From: Vulcanimicrobiota bacterium
Lineage (GTDB): Bacteria; Vulcanimicrobiota; Vulcanimicrobiia; Vulcanimicrobiales; Vulcanimicrobiaceae
Length of the DNA stretch: 64,000 bases
NCBI GenBank assembly: GCA_963695225.1
Contig: OY968762.1
Location: 1,472,001 to 1,536,000, forward strand
Direction of reading: 5' to 3'
The notes under the pieces: model-generated
Seen by the model: the letters and a program-made list of their open reading frames with translations, nothing else
What the model was told of the DNA's origin: nothing
The model's database searches: none
In this document: positions 1-8,763 of the stretch, piece by piece
Layout: every line of letters starts with the position of its first letter
Numbering within the stretch: position 1 is the stretch's first letter
Translations under genes and position numbers: made by a program

Positions 1-21
1 GTCATGCGCAGCCGCTCGCGG

Positions 22-969
22 TTACTTTGCGTCGGCTTTGGTGAACGTTCCAACGGGTACGCTGATCTTCTTTTCCGGCGTCTTGCCGCCGAAGTAATCG
101 TGGATCGCATCGATCGTCATCGCGCCGATCCGATCGGGGTGCTGGATCGCATCGCCGTAGATTTTGCCGGCTTTGATCGCCGTCTGGGCTTCGGGCGTCG
201 CGTCGTAACCGACGATCGCGATCTTCCCGGAAAGGCCGGCTGCTTCGACGGCCTTGCTCGCGCCGAGCGCGGAATCGTCGTTGATGCCGAAGATCCCCTT
301 GAGATCCTTGTGCGCTTGCAGCAGGTCCTCGGTCGCGTTCGAGGATTTCGCGCGCTCGCCGCCGCCGTTCACGCTCTGCACGATCTTCGCGCCGGGGCAT
401 TCTGTTGCGAGCGCCTGCTTGAAGCCGCGCACGCGATCCTGCACGCTCGTCACCTCCGGTTCGTCGATGATCGCGACCGCGCCCATCTTGTTCGGGAGCG
501 CCTCGCACATCAACTTCCCGGCCTGCGCCCCACCCTGCACGTTGTCCGAAGCGATGTGCGCCACGACGACACCGTTCGACGACGCGTTCGCGATATCGGC
601 GGTGAAGACGGGGATCGCCGCGGTATTCGCCTCGACGATCGCGCTGCCGATCGCTTTCGAATCGTACGGCGTCAACACGATCGCGGAGACCTTCTGCGAG
701 ATGAAGTCCTCGACTTGGCTCTGCTGCTTGGAATTGTCGCGGCTCGCGTCGACGACCGTGACGGTGTACCCGTACTTGGCCGCTTCTTCTTTCATGCCGC
801 GTTCCATGTCCTGATAAAATTGCGCCTCGCGATTCTGAATCGAAACGCCGATCGTTTTCGCGTTCGCATCGCTTCCGCTCGAGGCGGTCCCCTCGGAGCC
901 GGACTTGCTGCAGCCCGCGACGGCGCACGCTAAGGCGACGGGAATCAAAACGTAACCAAAAGAGCGCAC
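22..969 (-). CDS. Sugar ABC transporter substrate-binding lipoprotein (RbsB-like)
   Basis: Lipobox VAGC; periplasmic binding protein motifs (IASDNVQGG, GINDDSALG, VGYD); GTG at 969 is 8 nt after GGAGG. Confidence 0.9.
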   Translation of the reverse strand: MRSFGYVLIPVALACAVAGCSKSGSEGTASSGSDANAKTIGVSIQNREAQFYQDMERGMKEEAAKYGYTVTVVDASRDNSKQQSQVEDFISQKVSAIVLTPYDSKAIGSAIVEANTAAIPVFTADIANASSNGVVVAHIASDNVQGGAQAGKLMCEALPNKMGAVAIIDEPEVTSVQDRVRGFKQALATECPGAKIVQSVNGGGERAKSSNATEDLLQAHKDLKGIFGINDDSALGASKAVEAAGLSGKIAIVGYDATPEAQTAIKAGKIYGDAIQHPDRIGAMTIDAIHDYFGGKTPEKKISVPVGTFTKADAK

Positions 970-992
970 GAGCACGTCCTCCAAACCCGGCC

Positions 993-2192
993 TCATGCGC
1001 GAACGCGCGCGGAAAGCCCTGCGAGCGCTCGCTCGATCTCCGCAACGAGATCCGCCGGATCTTCGATGCCGACGGACAAACGGAGCGTCCCGTCGCCGAC
1101 GCCGATGCGGCTCCGCGTCTCGGCGGAGAGCGACCGGTGCGAGCTGACCGCGGGATAGGAGATCGTCGTCGCGACCTCTCCGAGGCTGTGGACGATCGGG
1201 ATGCCGCTCAACCCGCGCAAGAAGAGGTCGACGGATTCGGCTCCTCCGTGCAGGTCGAACGCCACGATCCCGCCGGTCCCGCGCGGATAGAGGCGAGCCG
1301 CGAGCGCGCGTTGCGGGTGCTCCGGACGCGAGGGATGGTGAACGGCCGAGACGGCGGCGTCGCTCGCGAGCGCTGCCGCGACGGCCACGGCGTTCGTCGA
1401 ATGCCGCGCCATCCTCAAGGCGAGCGTGCGCAGGCCTCGCAGGGCCAGCCAGGCCTCGAAATGCGGGATCGTCGCCCCGCAGCGCACGAGCGTGGCGCGC
1501 GCCCGCTCGACCAGGTCTGCCCGGCCGGCGAGGACGCCCGCGCCGACGTCGCCGTGCCCGCCGATGTACTTCCCGCAACTGTGGAGCACGAGGTCCGCCC
1601 CACAGTCGACCGGCCGGATGAGGACCGGCGTGGCGAACGTCGCGTCGACGACCGAGACGGCGCCGAATTCCCGCGCCAGGGCGCAGAGCGCCGGAAGATC
1701 GGCTACGTGCATCAACGGATTCGTGAGGGCCTCGAGGTAGAGCACGCCCGGGCGCTCCCGTTCGAGCGCAGTGCGGACGGCGGCGAGATCGCATTGATCC
1801 ACGTAGGCGATTCGCGCGCCGCGCTCTTGATACTCGTTCTCAAGTAGCGCGAAGGTCCCGCCGTAGAGCTCGCCCGTGGCCACGATCGTCCCGCCCGGCG
1901 GCGTATTCGTCCTCAACGCGGCGTCGATCGCCGCCATTCCGCTCGCCGCGCCGACGGCCGCTTGCGCCCCCTCGAGCTCGGCGATCGTCGACTCGAAATG
2001 CGCGCCGTTCGGCCCGCCGTAGCGCCCATAGATGCGTCCTGCCCGCTCGCCGCCGTAGATCGCGGCGACCTCGTCGAGGTCGGCGAATTCGTAGGATGAT
2101 GACTGGTAGAGCGGCGGGCTGGAGGCCGCGTTTTGCGGCAGTGAAAACGTCCCGGATCGCACTGCAGCGGTATCTGGACGGCCATTTTCCAC
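993..2192 (-). CDS. PLP-dependent Cys/Met metabolism enzyme (cystathionine gamma-synthase/lyase family)
   Basis: PPLYQSSSY, ASGMAAI, VVDATFATP, HSCGKYIGGHGD (PLP Lys), LRLSVGIED. Confidence 0.9.
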   Translation of the reverse strand: MENGRPDTAAVRSGTFSLPQNAASSPPLYQSSSYEFADLDEVAAIYGGERAGRIYGRYGGPNGAHFESTIAELEGAQAAVGAASGMAAIDAALRTNTPPGGTIVATGELYGGTFALLENEYQERGARIAYVDQCDLAAVRTALERERPGVLYLEALTNPLMHVADLPALCALAREFGAVSVVDATFATPVLIRPVDCGADLVLHSCGKYIGGHGDVGAGVLAGRADLVERARATLVRCGATIPHFEAWLALRGLRTLALRMARHSTNAVAVAAALASDAAVSAVHHPSRPEHPQRALAARLYPRGTGGIVAFDLHGGAESVDLFLRGLSGIPIVHSLGEVATTISYPAVSSHRSLSAETRSRIGVGDGTLRLSVGIEDPADLVAEIERALAGLSARVRA

Positions 2193-2251
2193 GTTCGGCT
2201 CCTAGCGTTATCCACAGCGGGGCAAAGGCTGCCTGTGTACCTTGTGGAGAA
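2185..2251. promoter_or_regulatory. Cluster of DnaA-box-like 9-mers
   Basis: TTATCCACA at 2208-2216 (perfect); TGTGGAGAA at 2243-2251 (reverse, 1 mismatch); TTTTCCACG at 2185-2193. Confidence 0.5.
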
Positions 2252-2285
2252 GTTCGGTCGAAATCACAATTTCTCCGGGGCAAGT

Positions 2286-3014
2286 GTGGAGCGCTTCAGC
2301 GGACGCGCGAGCGACTATGTGGCGGGCAGGCCGTCGTATCCGAGCGAGGCAATCGACGTGCTGCTCGCCGGGCTCGGCGATCCGGCGGCGCTGAACGTCG
2401 TCGATCTCGGCGCTGGGACGGGTATCTCGGCGCGTTTGCTCGCGGCGCGAGGACCGGCCGTGATTGCCGTTGAGCCGAACGCGGAGATGCGCGAGCGCGC
2501 CGCGCCGTGCGCGGGCGTGAGGTGGCAGGCCGGATCGGCCGAGCGCACCGGCCTGCCGGATGGGTCGAGCGACCTCGTGACGGCCTTCCAGGCGTTTCAT
2601 TGGTTCGAAGCGGCGCTCGCGCTGCGGGAGATCGAGCGCGTTCTCCGCCCCGGCGGGCGCGCGGCGATCGTGTACAACGAACGCGACGAGGACGATCCGT
2701 TCGGCGCCGCTTACGGCGAGCTCGTGCGGCGCTACGCGACCGATGAGACCGAGCGGCGGCGAAAAGCGGGGCGTACCGCCTTCGCGGCTTGGTCCGCGTG
2801 GCGGAGCCTGCGCACGGTCGAGATCGGCAACGCCCAGCGACTGGACCGGGCGGGCCTGCACGCCCGCGCCCGGAGCACGTCCTATCTCCCGAACGAAGGC
2901 GCGGCAAGCGCCGAATTGCACGCCGCCATCGACGCGCTCTTCGACGAATACGCGCACGGCGCGAGCGTGACGATGCGCCTGAACACGACTCTCAGCATCG
3001 CGGAGGTCGCCTGA
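2286..3014 (+). CDS. Class I SAM-dependent methyltransferase
   Basis: VVDLGAGTG, AVEPN, FQAFHWF, LRPGG; start uncertain (2235 or 2286). Confidence 0.85.
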   Translation: MERFSGRASDYVAGRPSYPSEAIDVLLAGLGDPAALNVVDLGAGTGISARLLAARGPAVIAVEPNAEMRERAAPCAGVRWQAGSAERTGLPDGSSDLVTAFQAFHWFEAALALREIERVLRPGGRAAIVYNERDEDDPFGAAYGELVRRYATDETERRRKAGRTAFAAWSAWRSLRTVEIGNAQRLDRAGLHARARSTSYLPNEGAASAELHAAIDALFDEYAHGASVTMRLNTTLSIAEVA

Positions 3015-3068
3015 ACCTAGCGAAGCGCGGCTCCGGTCGCAATGAGCGAACGGGGAGGATTCTCGTTC

Positions 3069-4601
3069 GTGCTCGCTCTCGCTCACGCGGCCGCCATGCT
3101 GGGGATCGACGGCTACATCGTCCGCGTCGAGGCAGATAGTTCGGCGGGGACGCCCTCGTTTTCGATCATCGGGTTACCGGATCGCGCGCTCGGCGAATCG
3201 CGCGATCGCGTCCGCAGCGCAATCTTCAATTCCGGCTTCCCGTTCCCGGCGGGGAAGCTGCTGGTGAATCTCGCACCGGCGGAGATCCGAAAGGAGGGCC
3301 CGGCCTTCGATCTCGCGATCGCGCTCGCGCTGCTCGCGATCGACGAGCACGTCGACCGGCTCGCGCTCGCCGAACACGTTGCGCTCGGCGAACTCGCACT
3401 CGACGGAACGCTTGCGCCCGTCCGCGGCATCTTGCCGATGGTTCTCGGCGCGCGCAGCGGCGGGTTCAAAAAGCTGATCGTCCCGCGCGCGAACGCGCGC
3501 GAATCCGCGCTCGTCGACGGCCTCGAGATCTACGCCGTCGAGACGCTCGCCGACGCGGTCGCCGTGATCCTCGGCAAAGGCGCGAAGTTTCGCTGGATCG
3601 ATCCGCCGCAGCCGTATCGCGCGCGGCCCGAAACCTCCGGCGATTTCGCCGACGTCCGCGGGCAGCTCGGCTCGAAGCGCGCGCTCGAGATCGCGGCGGC
3701 GGGCGGGCACAACGTGCTCCTGATCGGCCCACCCGGCTGCGGCAAGACGATGCTGGCGCGCCGGCTCCCGTCGATCCTGCCGGCGATGTCGCTCGAGGAA
3801 GCTCTCGAAGTCACGAAGATTGCGAGCGTCGCCGGGCAACTCGGGGCCGGCGCGGGGATCGCGGCGGTCCGCCCCTTTCGCGCGCCTCACCATACGATAA
3901 GTCAAATCGCGCTCGTCGGCGGAGGTGCCGTTCCCAAGCCGGGAGAGATCAGTCTCGCCCATAACGGTCTGCTCTTCTTGGACGAGCTCCCCGAGTTCGG
4001 CCGGAGCGCGATCGAAACGATGCGCCAGCCGCTCGAATCCGGCTCGGTCACGATTTCGCGCGCCGCCGGTTCGTTCACGTATCCCGCCCGCTTCATGCTC
4101 GTCGTCTCGATGAACCCCTGCCCGTGCGGATTTCGCGGTACGCGGACGCACGATTGCCGCTGCGACGACGCGACGGTCGCGCGCTACCTCTCGAAGATCT
4201 CGGGCCCGCTGCTCGACCGCATCGACCTGCACGTCGAACTCGCGCGGCTCGATTTCGACGAGATCGTCGGGCGCGAACGGGGCGAGCCTTCGGCCGCGAT
4301 CCGGGCGCGCGTCGAAGCCGCACGCGAGCGCCAAATCGCCCGCTATCGCGGCAGCGGCGTCTTCACGAACGCGGCGCTCCCCGACAACCAAGTGAGGAGC
4401 GTCTGCGCGCTCGGCGCGGAAGCGACCGCGGTCCTGCGCGCGGCCGCTGCGCGTGGCACGCTCTCTGCACGCGCGCTCGACCGCATCGCGCGCGTCGCCC
4501 GCACGATCGCCGATCTCGCCGGGGCCGGCGAAATCGGGACCGAGCATATCAGCGAGGCGATCGCCTACCGAACGCTCGAACGGCGCGGGCTCGCGGCGTA
4601 A
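3069..4601 (+). CDS. comM: YifB/ComM Mg-chelatase-like AAA+ ATPase
   Basis: GLPD..ESRDRV, GPPGCGKTM, PFRAPHH, LDELPEF, MNPCPCG, SGPLLDRID; GTG after GGAGG. Confidence 0.93.
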   Translation: MLALAHAAAMLGIDGYIVRVEADSSAGTPSFSIIGLPDRALGESRDRVRSAIFNSGFPFPAGKLLVNLAPAEIRKEGPAFDLAIALALLAIDEHVDRLALAEHVALGELALDGTLAPVRGILPMVLGARSGGFKKLIVPRANARESALVDGLEIYAVETLADAVAVILGKGAKFRWIDPPQPYRARPETSGDFADVRGQLGSKRALEIAAAGGHNVLLIGPPGCGKTMLARRLPSILPAMSLEEALEVTKIASVAGQLGAGAGIAAVRPFRAPHHTISQIALVGGGAVPKPGEISLAHNGLLFLDELPEFGRSAIETMRQPLESGSVTISRAAGSFTYPARFMLVVSMNPCPCGFRGTRTHDCRCDDATVARYLSKISGPLLDRIDLHVELARLDFDEIVGRERGEPSAAIRARVEAARERQIARYRGSGVFTNAALPDNQVRSVCALGAEATAVLRAAAARGTLSARALDRIARVARTIADLAGAGEIGTEHISEAIAYRTLERRGLAA

Positions 4602-4641
4602 GCGCTGCGGCGGCGTCTGCGGCGACGACGTTAGCTGAACG

Positions 4642-5331
4642 TCATCGAGCTTCGCCTGCCACCGGACTCGCATGGCCTTGCGGCCTCGTTCCGCGCTCCA
4701 TCGCGGGGGCGAGCGATCCTTGCGAGTTCGAGCGCTCGATCGCAAGCGCGGCGAAGCGGAGGATCTCATCCTCCGAAGCGAACGGGAGTCGCTCCGCGAC
4801 GGCGAGCTTCGCGATGCCGTGAACGAGCGACCAGGCCGCAAGCGCGCGTTGCAGCGGATCCTCGTCGGCGAAAAAGCCGTCGCGCCGGCACTCCTCGATG
4901 AACCGGACGAGCGTGCCGAATGCGGCGCGGCCGGCCTCGGCGCACTCGGAATACCGGTCGTTCGGAAACGGCACGTCGAACATCACCGTAAAGTGCTCCG
5001 GTCGCCGTAATGCGAACGCGACGTAGGCCAAGCCGGAATGCTCGAGCCTGTCGAGCGAGGCCGTCTGCGACTCCGCCGCGTCGAGCATCGCCTGCGTCAA
5101 TTCGCGGAAACCTTGCTCCGCCAGCGCCGCCATCAGCTCTCCCTTGTCGCGGAAATGGCGGTACGGCGCATTGTGCGATACGCCGGCTCGCCGGGCGACT
5201 TCGCGCAAGGTGAAACCGGCCGGCCCCAGCTCGGCAACCAGACGGCTCGCCGCCTCCAACAAGGCCACGCGAAGATTGCCGTGGTGGTATGGCCGCCGGT
5301 CGCGCTGCGAAATCCGTCCCTGCTTCTCCAT
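4642..5331 (-). CDS. TetR/AcrR family regulator (WHG-type C-terminus)
   Basis: YHHGNLR, LREVARRAGVSHNAPYRHF HTH, AWSLVHG. Confidence 0.9.
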   Translation of the reverse strand: MEKQGRISQRDRRPYHHGNLRVALLEAASRLVAELGPAGFTLREVARRAGVSHNAPYRHFRDKGELMAALAEQGFRELTQAMLDAAESQTASLDRLEHSGLAYVAFALRRPEHFTVMFDVPFPNDRYSECAEAGRAAFGTLVRFIEECRRDGFFADEDPLQRALAAWSLVHGIAKLAVAERLPFASEDEILRFAALAIERSNSQGSLAPAMERGTRPQGHASPVAGEAR

Positions 5332-5353
5332 CCGAATGTGACAGTACCAGGGA

Positions 5354-5406
5354 ATGTTGACAAACGCAACATCATGCCGTACCGTCGGTGTGGACACCGC
5401 CCACAT
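5354..5406. promoter_or_regulatory. Two 19-bp palindromic TetR operator-like sites
   Basis: ATGTTG-ACAAACG-CAACAT (5354-5372) and GTGTGG-ACACCGC-CCACAT (5388-5406) between divergent tetR and oxidoreductase; the first overlaps a TTGACA. Confidence 0.7.
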
Positions 5407-5430
5407 TCAACGCCGAAAGAGAGGCTGGCC

Positions 5431-7050
5431 GTGAAGCACGTCGGAACCGCGTACAAGCAGCATGCGCCCGAGGGCGCCTACGATGCGATCGTGATCGGCT
5501 CCGGGATCGGCGGGCTCAGTGCCGCCGCCCTGCTCGCGATGCACGCGGGCATGAAGGTTCTCGTGCTGGAGCGCCACTTCACGGCAGGCGGATTCACCCA
5601 CGTGTTTCGCCGGCCGGGCTACGAATGGGACGTCGGCGTCCATTACGTCGGCGGGGTCACGCGGCCGGGCTCAGAGGTTCTCGCCGCCTTCGACCACGTC
5701 ACGGAGGGGCGGCTGCGCTGGAATCCGCTCCCCGACATCTACGACCGCGTCCTGATCGACGGGCGCAGCTACGATTTCCCGACCGGCCGGGAGCGCTTCC
5801 GGGCCAAGATGAAGCAGCGCTTCCCCGCCGAGGCGCAGGCCGTCGACGGCTATCTCCACGCGGTCGAAGCGACGGTCGCCGCGACCGGCGCTTACTATTC
5901 CGAGAAGGCGCTCCCGCCGGCCGTCGCGCGCCTGGCAGGCCCGTTACTGCGCTCGCGCTTCCTGCAGTATGCGGACCGCACAACACTCGACGTGATCCGG
6001 GGGTTCACCCGGGATCCGGAGCTGATCGCGGTGCTGACCGCGCAGTGGCCCGATTACGGGCTGCCCCCGGCTCAAAGCAGCTTCGCCGCCCACGCCATCG
6101 TGGCGAACCATTATTTTGAGGGCGCCGCCTACCCCGCCGGCGGCGCATCCGAGATCGCGGCCGGGATGGCTCCGGTCATCGAACGCGCCGGCGGCTCCAT
6201 CGTCGTCGGTGCCGAGGTCACCGAGATCGTGCTCGACCGCGAGCGCTGCGCCGCGGGCGTGCGGATCGCCGACGGCCGCGAATATCACGCCGGGATCGTG
6301 ATCAGCGACGCCGGCGCCGGGAACACCTTCGGCAAGCTCCTCCCAAGGGAGATCTCGGCACGCCTCGGCGTCCTCGAGGAACTCGAAGGGATCGGCCCCT
6401 CGATGAGCCACGTGTGCCTCTATGCCGGAGTTCGGCGCGCTCCGGGCGAGCCGGAGTTCGACGCGACGAATCTTTGGGTGTACGGCGGGAACGAACACGA
6501 CGCGAGCGTCGCACGTTTCGCCGCGGACCCGGAGGCGCCGTGGCCCGCGCTCTTCATCTCCTTCCCGTCGGCGAAGGATCCGACGTTCGAGGAACGTCAT
6601 CCCGGGCGTTCCACCATCGAAGTCGTCGCGCCGGTGCCCTTCGGCCTGTTCGAGCGTTGGGCGGACACGGCGTGGAAAAGGCGTGGCGCGGAGTACGACG
6701 CGTTCAAGCAGCGGCTCGCCGCGCGGTTGCTTGCGGAACTCGAACGCCACGTGCCCGCCGCGCGCGGCAGAATCGATTACAGCGAGCTCTCGACGCCGCT
6801 TTCGACGCGATCGTTCGCGAACTATCAACGGGGAGAGATCTACGGTCTCGCCGCCGTGCCGGCACGCTTCCGGGCTCGGGCGCTCAGCCCGCGGACGCCG
6901 ATACGCCGGCTCTACCTGACCGGTCAGGACGCCTGCTCCGCAGGCGTGACCGGGGCGCTGTTCGGCGGCGTGCTCTCCGCCTCGGCGATCCTCGGGAGAA
7001 ACCTCATGCCGGTCGTGTGCCGGCCCGCAGTTGCGGAGCGCGCGCGCTAG
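5431..7050 (+). CDS. Phytoene desaturase/retinol saturase-like FAD-dependent oxidoreductase
   Basis: DAIVIGSGIGG, WDVGVHYVG, FISFPSAKDP, STPLS, LYLTGQD; GTG after GAGG. Confidence 0.85.
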   Translation: MKHVGTAYKQHAPEGAYDAIVIGSGIGGLSAAALLAMHAGMKVLVLERHFTAGGFTHVFRRPGYEWDVGVHYVGGVTRPGSEVLAAFDHVTEGRLRWNPLPDIYDRVLIDGRSYDFPTGRERFRAKMKQRFPAEAQAVDGYLHAVEATVAATGAYYSEKALPPAVARLAGPLLRSRFLQYADRTTLDVIRGFTRDPELIAVLTAQWPDYGLPPAQSSFAAHAIVANHYFEGAAYPAGGASEIAAGMAPVIERAGGSIVVGAEVTEIVLDRERCAAGVRIADGREYHAGIVISDAGAGNTFGKLLPREISARLGVLEELEGIGPSMSHVCLYAGVRRAPGEPEFDATNLWVYGGNEHDASVARFAADPEAPWPALFISFPSAKDPTFEERHPGRSTIEVVAPVPFGLFERWADTAWKRRGAEYDAFKQRLAARLLAELERHVPAARGRIDYSELSTPLSTRSFANYQRGEIYGLAAVPARFRARALSPRTPIRRLYLTGQDACSAGVTGALFGGVLSASAILGRNLMPVVCRPAVAERAR

Positions 7051-7276
7051 TTCGGCCGCACCGGCGACCCTTCGGGCTCCTTCGAGCGGAATCGCAAGCC
7101 GGCTCAGCGTGCCCGGCGAACGAAGCGAGCGTTGCGATCGGGCTCGCCGTTTTCCGGCGCCTGTGACGCCGACCACCGCAAGACGGCGTCTAACGGGGGA
7201 ACAATAAGCCCCCAGAGTCCCTTTCCTGCCCGCCGCCAAGGGCAACCTGTTCCGGCGGTTTCTACAGAGGAGACGA

Positions 7277-7990
7277 ATGGATCAGAACCTGCAGACGCCC
7301 TATATCGAACCGCCGGCCTCGACGACGACCGGCGGCTTCGCTCACGTGGAGTTCGCGGAGAATCCCGAACCCCGCTGCGCCTGCATCCTGCTGCTGGACA
7401 CCTCGGGTTCCATGCAAGGCGCCCCGATCGCGCAACTGAACATGGGCCTCAAATCGTTCAAGGACGAGCTTGCGGCAGACCCCCTGGCGGCCAAGCGCGT
7501 CGAGGTCGCAGTCCTCACGTTCGGGGATTCCACGCAACTCGTGGCCGATTTCACCGACGCCGAGAACTTTCAGCCGCCGCACCTCACGGCCGCCGGACTC
7601 ACGCCGATGGGGGCCGCCCTCTGGGATGCGCTCGGCCGACTCCAAGCGCGCAAGGAACTTTACCGTGCCAACGGGATAGCCTATTACCGGCCCTGGGTCT
7701 TCTTGATCACCGACGGCGAACCGACCGACGAGTACCTCGGAGCGGCGCAGCAAATCCGGGACGGCGAGGCGCGCGGCGCATTCTCGTTCTATGCGGTCGG
7801 CGTCAACGATGCAAACATGCAGAAGCTCGCGGAGATCGCACCTTTGAACCGCCCTCCCGTCAAACTCGACGGCCTCCGCTTCCGCGACCTCTTCGTCTGG
7901 CTCTCGAAATCCATGCGAACGGTGTCGACCGCGACGATCGGGCAAGACGTCGCGTTGCAGCCCCCCGGTTGGATCACGACGCAAACGTGA
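7277..7990 (+). CDS. TerY/YegL-like vWA domain protein
   Basis: FAENPEPRCACILLLDTSGSM (MIDAS), TPMG, YYRPWVFLITDGEPTD. Confidence 0.9.
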   Translation: MDQNLQTPYIEPPASTTTGGFAHVEFAENPEPRCACILLLDTSGSMQGAPIAQLNMGLKSFKDELAADPLAAKRVEVAVLTFGDSTQLVADFTDAENFQPPHLTAAGLTPMGAALWDALGRLQARKELYRANGIAYYRPWVFLITDGEPTDEYLGAAQQIRDGEARGAFSFYAVGVNDANMQKLAEIAPLNRPPVKLDGLRFRDLFVWLSKSMRTVSTATIGQDVALQPPGWITTQT

Positions 7991-8763
7991 CGTGGCGATA
8001 CGTTGACGGCTACGCCGTCGGCACATCGCATGTCGGAGCGCAAATGCCTTGCCAGGACCGGTGCGCCTGCACCGTGATCCGCAGCGCCGACGGCGGCGAA
8101 GTGTTCATGACCGTGGTGTCCGACGGGGCCGGGAGTGCCTCGCAGTCCGAGCTCGGCGCGCAGACGGTTTGCGACGTGCTCGTCGAACTCGCCGGCGCGC
8201 GCATGCGCGAGAGCAGCAACCTCGACGAGATCCCGGACGAGCTCGTCCGCGCGTGGCTCCTGGAAGTGCGCGAACGGTTGCGCGCGACGGCGCGCGAAGC
8301 CGATATCGAATTGCGCGAATACGCCGCGACGGCGCTTCTCGCGATCGCCGCCGACCGGCAAGCGCTCTGCGCGCAGATCGGCGACGGCGGGATCGTATTC
8401 CGGCGCACGCTCGAGGATGAGTTCGAACTCGCCGTCTGGCCGGTCGGCGGCGAATACGCGAATCAGACCTATTTCATCACCGACGAAGTCGCCGCGGAGC
8501 GCATCGAAATCCGGCGCTACGACTGCATCCACGACGTGATCGTCTTTTCCGACGGCTTGCAGAATCTCGCGCTGTTGCAGGCGACGCGCAGTCCGTTCGC
8601 GCCGTTCTTCGAGCCGCTCGTGCGAACCGTCCGCGGCAACGGCGCGGCAAACGGCGTCATGCGCGAAGAGCTGGTCGCTTACCTCAATTCGCCTGCGATC
8701 AACCGGCGCACGGACGACGACAAGGCGCTCGCGATCGGCTGCCGGATGGTGCCCGACGAGTGA
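7987..8763 (+). CDS. PP2C-family phosphatase (YegK-like)
   Basis: GTSH..PCQD, VSDGAGSA, QIGDG, FSDG, RTDDDKAL; GTGA overlap with the vWA stop. Confidence 0.9.
   Translation: MTWRYVDGYAVGTSHVGAQMPCQDRCACTVIRSADGGEVFMTVVSDGAGSASQSELGAQTVCDVLVELAGARMRESSNLDEIPDELVRAWLLEVRERLRATAREADIELREYAATALLAIAADRQALCAQIGDGGIVFRRTLEDEFELAVWPVGGEYANQTYFITDEVAAERIEIRRYDCIHDVIVFSDGLQNLALLQATRSPFAPFFEPLVRTVRGNGAANGVMREELVAYLNSPAINRRTDDDKALAIGCRMVPDE

Noticed and set aside
5431..7050. Carotenoid biosynthesis cluster
   Set aside because: Lone desaturase-family gene with no crtB/crtE/crtY neighbours
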